Shown here: piece by piece, positions 59,953 through 64,000 of the stretch
Layout of the letters: the number at the start of each line of letters is the position of its first letter
Numbering within the stretch: position 1 is the stretch's first letter
NCBI GenBank assembly: GCA_949287365.1
Contig: CASEGC010000019.1
Span: 2,428-66,427 of the forward strand
Direction: 5' to 3'
Source: an uncultured Parabacteroides sp.
GTDB taxonomy: Bacteria; Bacteroidota; Bacteroidia; Bacteroidales; Tannerellaceae
Length of the DNA: 64,000 nucleotides
Position numbers and translations under genes: made by a program
Notes under the pieces: model-generated
Databases searched by the model: none
Told to the model about the DNA's origin: nothing
What the model saw: the letters and a program-made list of their open reading frames with translations, nothing else

Positions 59953-60481
59953 GATTTTCTATAGCTTGCAAGGCGAAGGGTTACACGCCGGGATACCCGC
60001 CATTTTCGTGCGTTTCTCCGGATGCAACCTGAAATGCGATTTTTGTGACACGCGGCACGAGGAGGGACCGTGGATGAGCGACACCCAAATCATGGAAGCC
60101 ATAGCCAGCTATCCCGCCCGGATGGTCATATTGACCGGGGGAGAACCCGGATTGTGGGTCGATGACCGGTTGGTCTCTCTCTTACATGAGGCGGACAAAT
60201 ACATTTGCGTCGAGACGAACGGGACACGCCCTCTCCCCGAAGGTATCGATTGGATAACCTGTTCCCCCAAAGAGAACGCTCCTGTCCTCTTGGAAAGGAT
60301 AGACGAGATAAAGGTCGTTTACACGGGACAGGATTTATCCCCATATCTACGGATACCGGCGCGATGCCATTTCCTGCAACCCTGCTCCTGCCGGAACACG
60401 GACGAGGTGATAACCTACATCCTCAAGCATCCCGAATGGCGGTTAAGCCTGCAAACACATAAGCTAATCGGTATCCGTTAA
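59936..60481 (+). CDS. queE: 7-carboxy-7-deazaguanine synthase (radical SAM)
   Basis: [36 protein letters not shown]. Confidence 0.93.
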   Translation: MKKINEIFYSLQGEGLHAGIPAIFVRFSGCNLKCDFCDTRHEEGPWMSDTQIMEAIASYPARMVILTGGEPGLWVDDRLVSLLHEADKYICVETNGTRPLPEGIDWITCSPKENAPVLLERIDEIKVVYTGQDLSPYLRIPARCHFLQPCSCRNTDEVITYILKHPEWRLSLQTHKLIGIR

Positions 60482-60530
60482 ATTAAAAATATGTACTTTT
60501 GCGATCGATAACACACAAAAAGGAGTCCTT

Positions 60531-61205
60531 ATGCGTATAGATATACTTACCGTCCTCCCCGAGATGATAGAGGGAACGATCAATTGTTCCATATTGAAAA
60601 GAGCGCAGGATAAAGGCCTGGCGGAAATCCACTTGCACAACCTGAGAGATTACACGACGAACAAATGGCGACGCGTGGACGATTATCCTTTCGGAGGCGA
60701 GGCCGGAATGGTCATGCAAATCGAGCCGATCGACCGCGCCATCTCCGCTTTGAAAAGCGAGCGGGAATACGACGAGATAATCTACACCTCGCCCGATGGG
60801 GAGACATTCAACCAGCCAATGGCCAATAGCATGTCATTATTGAACAACCTGATTATCCTGTGCGGGCATTACAAAGGCATCGATTATCGTATCCGGGAAC
60901 ATCTGATAACGAAAGAGATATCGGTGGGCGATTACGTGCTGACAGGAGGAGAGCTGGCGGCCGCTATCATCGCGGACGCCGTGGTCCGCCTTATCCCCGG
61001 CGCGATAGGCGATGAGCAAAGCGCTCTCTCCGACTCATTCCAAGACAATTTGTTGGCTCCACCGGTTTATACACGCCCCGCCGAATACAAAGGATGGAAA
61101 GTACCTGAGGTATTGTTATCCGGGCACCAACGCAAGATAGAGGAATGGCGTTTGCGGGAAGCGCAAGAACGCACCGCCCGCTTACGTCCCGACTTGCTGA
61201 AATAA
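60531..61205 (+). CDS. trmD: tRNA (guanine37-N1)-methyltransferase
   Basis: [37 protein letters not shown]. Confidence 0.97.
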   Translation: MRIDILTVLPEMIEGTINCSILKRAQDKGLAEIHLHNLRDYTTNKWRRVDDYPFGGEAGMVMQIEPIDRAISALKSEREYDEIIYTSPDGETFNQPMANSMSLLNNLIILCGHYKGIDYRIREHLITKEISVGDYVLTGGELAAAIIADAVVRLIPGAIGDEQSALSDSFQDNLLAPPVYTRPAEYKGWKVPEVLLSGHQRKIEEWRLREAQERTARLRPDLLK

Positions 61206-62249
61206 TCAACGAGCCCCCGACAAGGCCTTTTCCAACGTCGTTCCATATTCATGAAGGAAAGACAAATCCTCATGCTCCGAGACGTACGCGCTATCTATGT
61301 ACGCGGCGAATGTCGTGATATTACGGATTCCCAAGCGGGTATATTCTTCGACATCCTCCTTGAAGATATCCCCTCGCCAAGGGAGTTTCATCGCGGGCTT
61401 TTTCCAATCGCTAAACAAGGATACATCCATCCAATACTCCAATACCTCGGCGGTTTCCACGGGAAACACGGCAAGGTTCTCCAACAACCGTTTATACGTC
61501 TCCTCATTCGAGATACCGGTCCGCCCGCTCGCGTCACGCGCCGTGATCGGGGCGTCCCACGAACGGAAGAAAGGAGCGAATTCAAGGAAAACCCCTTCCG
61601 CGGGTTTCACCTTCCGCGGCGCCTCTATCGTATTTTGATAGGCGAGATGAGCCAATAACGCGTCCTTGTCGACACGCCTCAACGCCTCGATAATCCGGTT
61701 CTCGATAAGCAAAGCCTTCTCGCTATCCGAATACTTGGAGCACTCCGGACATTGGCAAGTAGGCGCGCCATCATCCAGCCAAAAATAATAACGATGGTTG
61801 GTAGGTGGCATCAACCGGGCGTATTCGACCGCCTTACCCGCGATGATGCCCAAGGCCTTGTCCGAGGTGGCGCAACAATTGAAGTCAGCGACACGCCGTC
61901 CCTCTCCATCCATCCGGAAAAGGGTAGAGTCTTCCGCGAAAAGCTCGCGGGGCAGAAGATAGGACATCGCATGTAATTGATGCTCCACTTGTATGCCCAA
62001 GGAATCACATTCCGAGAGGAAGCGTTTTCCCTTTTCCGAACGTAAGAACGGCAAGACATCGCCTGGCCCCACATGCGTGCCTATCGTATTGATGCCATTC
62101 TCGGCCGCCAATCGGGGCCAGTCCAACGTCTTCAGGTCGTCCACGGATGCCACTACGCCCACCTTCCCCCCGGAAGAGGTTCCGGGGGTGCAGGCGCATA
62201 ACCACGAAACGAGGCACAAGCAAACGCAGGCGCGTATGACCGCTCTCAT
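61206..62249 (-). CDS. Putative lipoprotein, TIM-barrel/DUF4838-like
   Basis: Lipobox LCAC; WLDDG..CQCPEC, AHLAY, FLEFAP, LEYWMDVS. Confidence 0.65.
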   Translation of the reverse strand: MRAVIRACVCLCLVSWLCACTPGTSSGGKVGVVASVDDLKTLDWPRLAAENGINTIGTHVGPGDVLPFLRSEKGKRFLSECDSLGIQVEHQLHAMSYLLPRELFAEDSTLFRMDGEGRRVADFNCCATSDKALGIIAGKAVEYARLMPPTNHRYYFWLDDGAPTCQCPECSKYSDSEKALLIENRIIEALRRVDKDALLAHLAYQNTIEAPRKVKPAEGVFLEFAPFFRSWDAPITARDASGRTGISNEETYKRLLENLAVFPVETAEVLEYWMDVSLFSDWKKPAMKLPWRGDIFKEDVEEYTRLGIRNITTFAAYIDSAYVSEHEDLSFLHEYGTTLEKALSGAR

Positions 62250-63199
62250 TTCTTCAACCGTTCCGCCAACTTTTCCAACATATCTTTCGTCATCGCGTCC
62301 AAGTCATACTCCGGCTTCCACCCCCACTCTTCCCGGGCGCAAGTGTCATCCAAGGAATTGGGCCACGACTCGGCGATAGCCTGACGCAAAGGATCCACCT
62401 TATATTCCATCTGGAAATCAGGCTTGTATTTCTTGATATTATTGTAGATAATCTCCGGATCGAAACTCATCGAGGCGAGATTGAACGAGTTCCGGTGGAC
62501 GAACTTGGAAGAATCGGCCTCCATGATCTCGATAGCGGCGCGCAAGCCATCCGGCATATACATCATGTCCATGAACGTTCCCGCCGCGATAGGACAAGTG
62601 AATTTCTCACCCCGCGTAGCCGCGTAATAAATATCCACCGCGTAATCGGTCGTACCCCCACCCGGAGGAGTCACGTAAGAGATCAAGCCCGGGAACCGGA
62701 CCGAGCGCGTATCCACCCCGAAGCGGATATAATAATAATCGCTCAGCAACTCGCCGGAGACCTTTGTCACGCCATACATCGTACGAGGGTTCCGTATCGT
62801 GTCTTGCGGAGTCTTGTCCTTCGGCGTATTGTTCCCGAACACGCCGATGGAGCTTGGCGTGAACACCGCGCAATGCATCTCTCTCGCCACCTCTAAGACG
62901 TTGAACAAACCGCCCATGCCGATTTTCCACGCGAGCTGGGGTTTCGCCTCGGCCACGGCCGACAATAGGGCCGCCAGATTGTAAATCGTGTCGATATTAT
63001 ACCTCGATACGGTCTCCGCTATTTGTTGCTCGTTCGTGATATCCACGATGGCGGAAGGACCCGATTCCAGCAATTCACCTTTCGGCTCCGCTCCGGGAAT
63101 ATACCCGGCCACTATATTTCCACTATACAGACCTCTCAATTTCATGGTCAGCTCCGAGCCTATCTGACCGGTGGAGCCTATCACTAATATATTCTTCAT
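62246..63199 (-). CDS. L-threonine 3-dehydrogenase-like extended SDR
   Basis: GSTGQIG, LAALLSA, PSSIGVFG, YGVTK, RFPGLIS...PGGGTTDYAV, RQAIAESWP. Confidence 0.85.
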   Translation of the reverse strand: MKNILVIGSTGQIGSELTMKLRGLYSGNIVAGYIPGAEPKGELLESGPSAIVDITNEQQIAETVSRYNIDTIYNLAALLSAVAEAKPQLAWKIGMGGLFNVLEVAREMHCAVFTPSSIGVFGNNTPKDKTPQDTIRNPRTMYGVTKVSGELLSDYYYIRFGVDTRSVRFPGLISYVTPPGGGTTDYAVDIYYAATRGEKFTCPIAAGTFMDMMYMPDGLRAAIEIMEADSSKFVHRNSFNLASMSFDPEIIYNNIKKYKPDFQMEYKVDPLRQAIAESWPNSLDDTCAREEWGWKPEYDLDAMTKDMLEKLAERLKK

Positions 63200-63242
63200 C
63201 GTATTAAAATTTAAAAATATTTCTTGCGCGAAGATACGAAAA

Positions 63243-63266
63243 AAGTCCCCTTATACAAGGGGACTT
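63243..63266 (-). terminator. Terminator after rplT
   Basis: aagtcccct...aggggactt with T run on minus strand. Confidence 0.75.
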
Positions 63267-63295
63267 CCTCCTATAAAATTACGTCCGTATAAGAT

Positions 63296-63640
63296 TTATT
63301 TCACCTTAGCGACGATGGCCTTGAACGCTTCCGGATGGTTCATGGCCAAATCGGCCAGCACCTTACGGTTGATCTCGATTCCGGCGGCGTGCAAAGCGCC
63401 CATCAGACGAGAATAAGACAAGCCTTCCAAACGAGCGGCCGCGTTAATACGCTGTATCCACAAGGCGCGGAAATTACGTTTCTTGTTCCGGCGATCGCGG
63501 AAAGCGTAGGTCAAACCCTTCTCCCACGTGTTTTTCGCTACGGTCCAAACGTTCTTACGCGCTCCGTAATAACCGCGTGTCAATTTCAAAATCCGTTTTC
63601 TTTTCGCTCTCGAAGCGACATGATTTACTGATCTAGGCAT
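63296..63640 (-). CDS. rplT: 50S ribosomal protein L20
   Basis: [36 protein letters not shown]. Confidence 0.98.
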   Translation of the reverse strand: MPRSVNHVASRAKRKRILKLTRGYYGARKNVWTVAKNTWEKGLTYAFRDRRNKKRNFRALWIQRINAAARLEGLSYSRLMGALHAAGIEINRKVLADLAMNHPEAFKAIVAKVK

Positions 63641-63747
63641 AATTCTAATTTGTTTTTGAATGTTAGCGTCATCCCTTCACGGGACAATCTTAAGGCTAAA
63701 AACATCCGGTTAATAAAATCGTTTTAAAACTCGCTGATAAATAAAGG

Positions 63748-63945
63748 TTACCGTAAGCAAAGCATTCTCTTCACGCTTGCCTCATCGACTTTCGCGATCA
63801 AGCCCATGTGCGTCAAATTTCTCTTCTGCTTTTTAGTCTTCTTCGTCAGGATGTGACTCTTAAAAGCGTGTTTTCTCTTGATTTTTCCTGTTCCGGTAAG
63901 GGCGAACCTCTTTTTGGCACCGGAATTAGTCTTCATTTTAGGCAT
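63748..63945 (-). CDS. rpmI: 50S ribosomal protein L35
   Basis: [31 protein letters not shown]. Confidence 0.98.
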   Translation of the reverse strand: MPKMKTNSGAKKRFALTGTGKIKRKHAFKSHILTKKTKKQKRNLTHMGLIAKVDEASVKRMLCLR

Positions 63946-64000
63946 CTCTAAATCTGTTTTAATTATTAATTAAACTCTCCCATCATTGGGGTTTATTATC

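Noticed and set aside
59617-60481. queD/queE as part of a dpd 7-deazaguanine DNA-modification system
   Set aside because: No dpdA or associated genes; adjacent to trmD in a housekeeping context

Overview
Chromosomal segment of a Bacteroidales bacterium, probably Parabacteroides-like. This rests on TAnnTTTG-type -7 promoter motifs, a T9SS type-B cargo protein and OMP beta-barrel receptors; the genus is an inference. The backbone is housekeeping: pbpC end, nhaA, yigZ, uvrA, ArnT-like GT, OmpR/PhoR-like TCS, SF1 helicase, men cluster, DUF3857 pair, SLT, pyrC, DPM1-like GT, mfd, PHP, GH51, queD/queE, trmD, Thr dehydrogenase-like SDR, rplT, rpmI. There are two accessory regions. The first is an AT-rich, WYL-headed island at about 13.3-23.8 kb, with a glycine-zipper/GHDP gene pair, Sel1, WG-repeat, ATPase and HExxH genes, candidate operators and a ~170-nt hairpin leader. 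The second is a post-mfd patch with RelE-type TA, HU-like, DUF4988-type lipoprotein and MNT/truncated HEPN genes. The most striking unexplained feature is a dispersed intergenic element present six times. Each copy has an exactly 86-bp core of four 19-bp 9-1-9 palindromes (TATCTTTAG-S-CTAAAGATA) on a 21-bp period, inside 21-bp-phased A-tract/T-tract arms. In the best-preserved copies it is bounded by inverted, dif/XerD-arm-like ends whose 6-bp spacers co-vary within each copy, and one copy has its core flipped relative to its arms. All three HU-like paralogues in the window sit directly downstream of palindrome arrays, and two share an identical acidic C-terminus. No rRNA, tRNA, CRISPR, integrase or transposase was seen.
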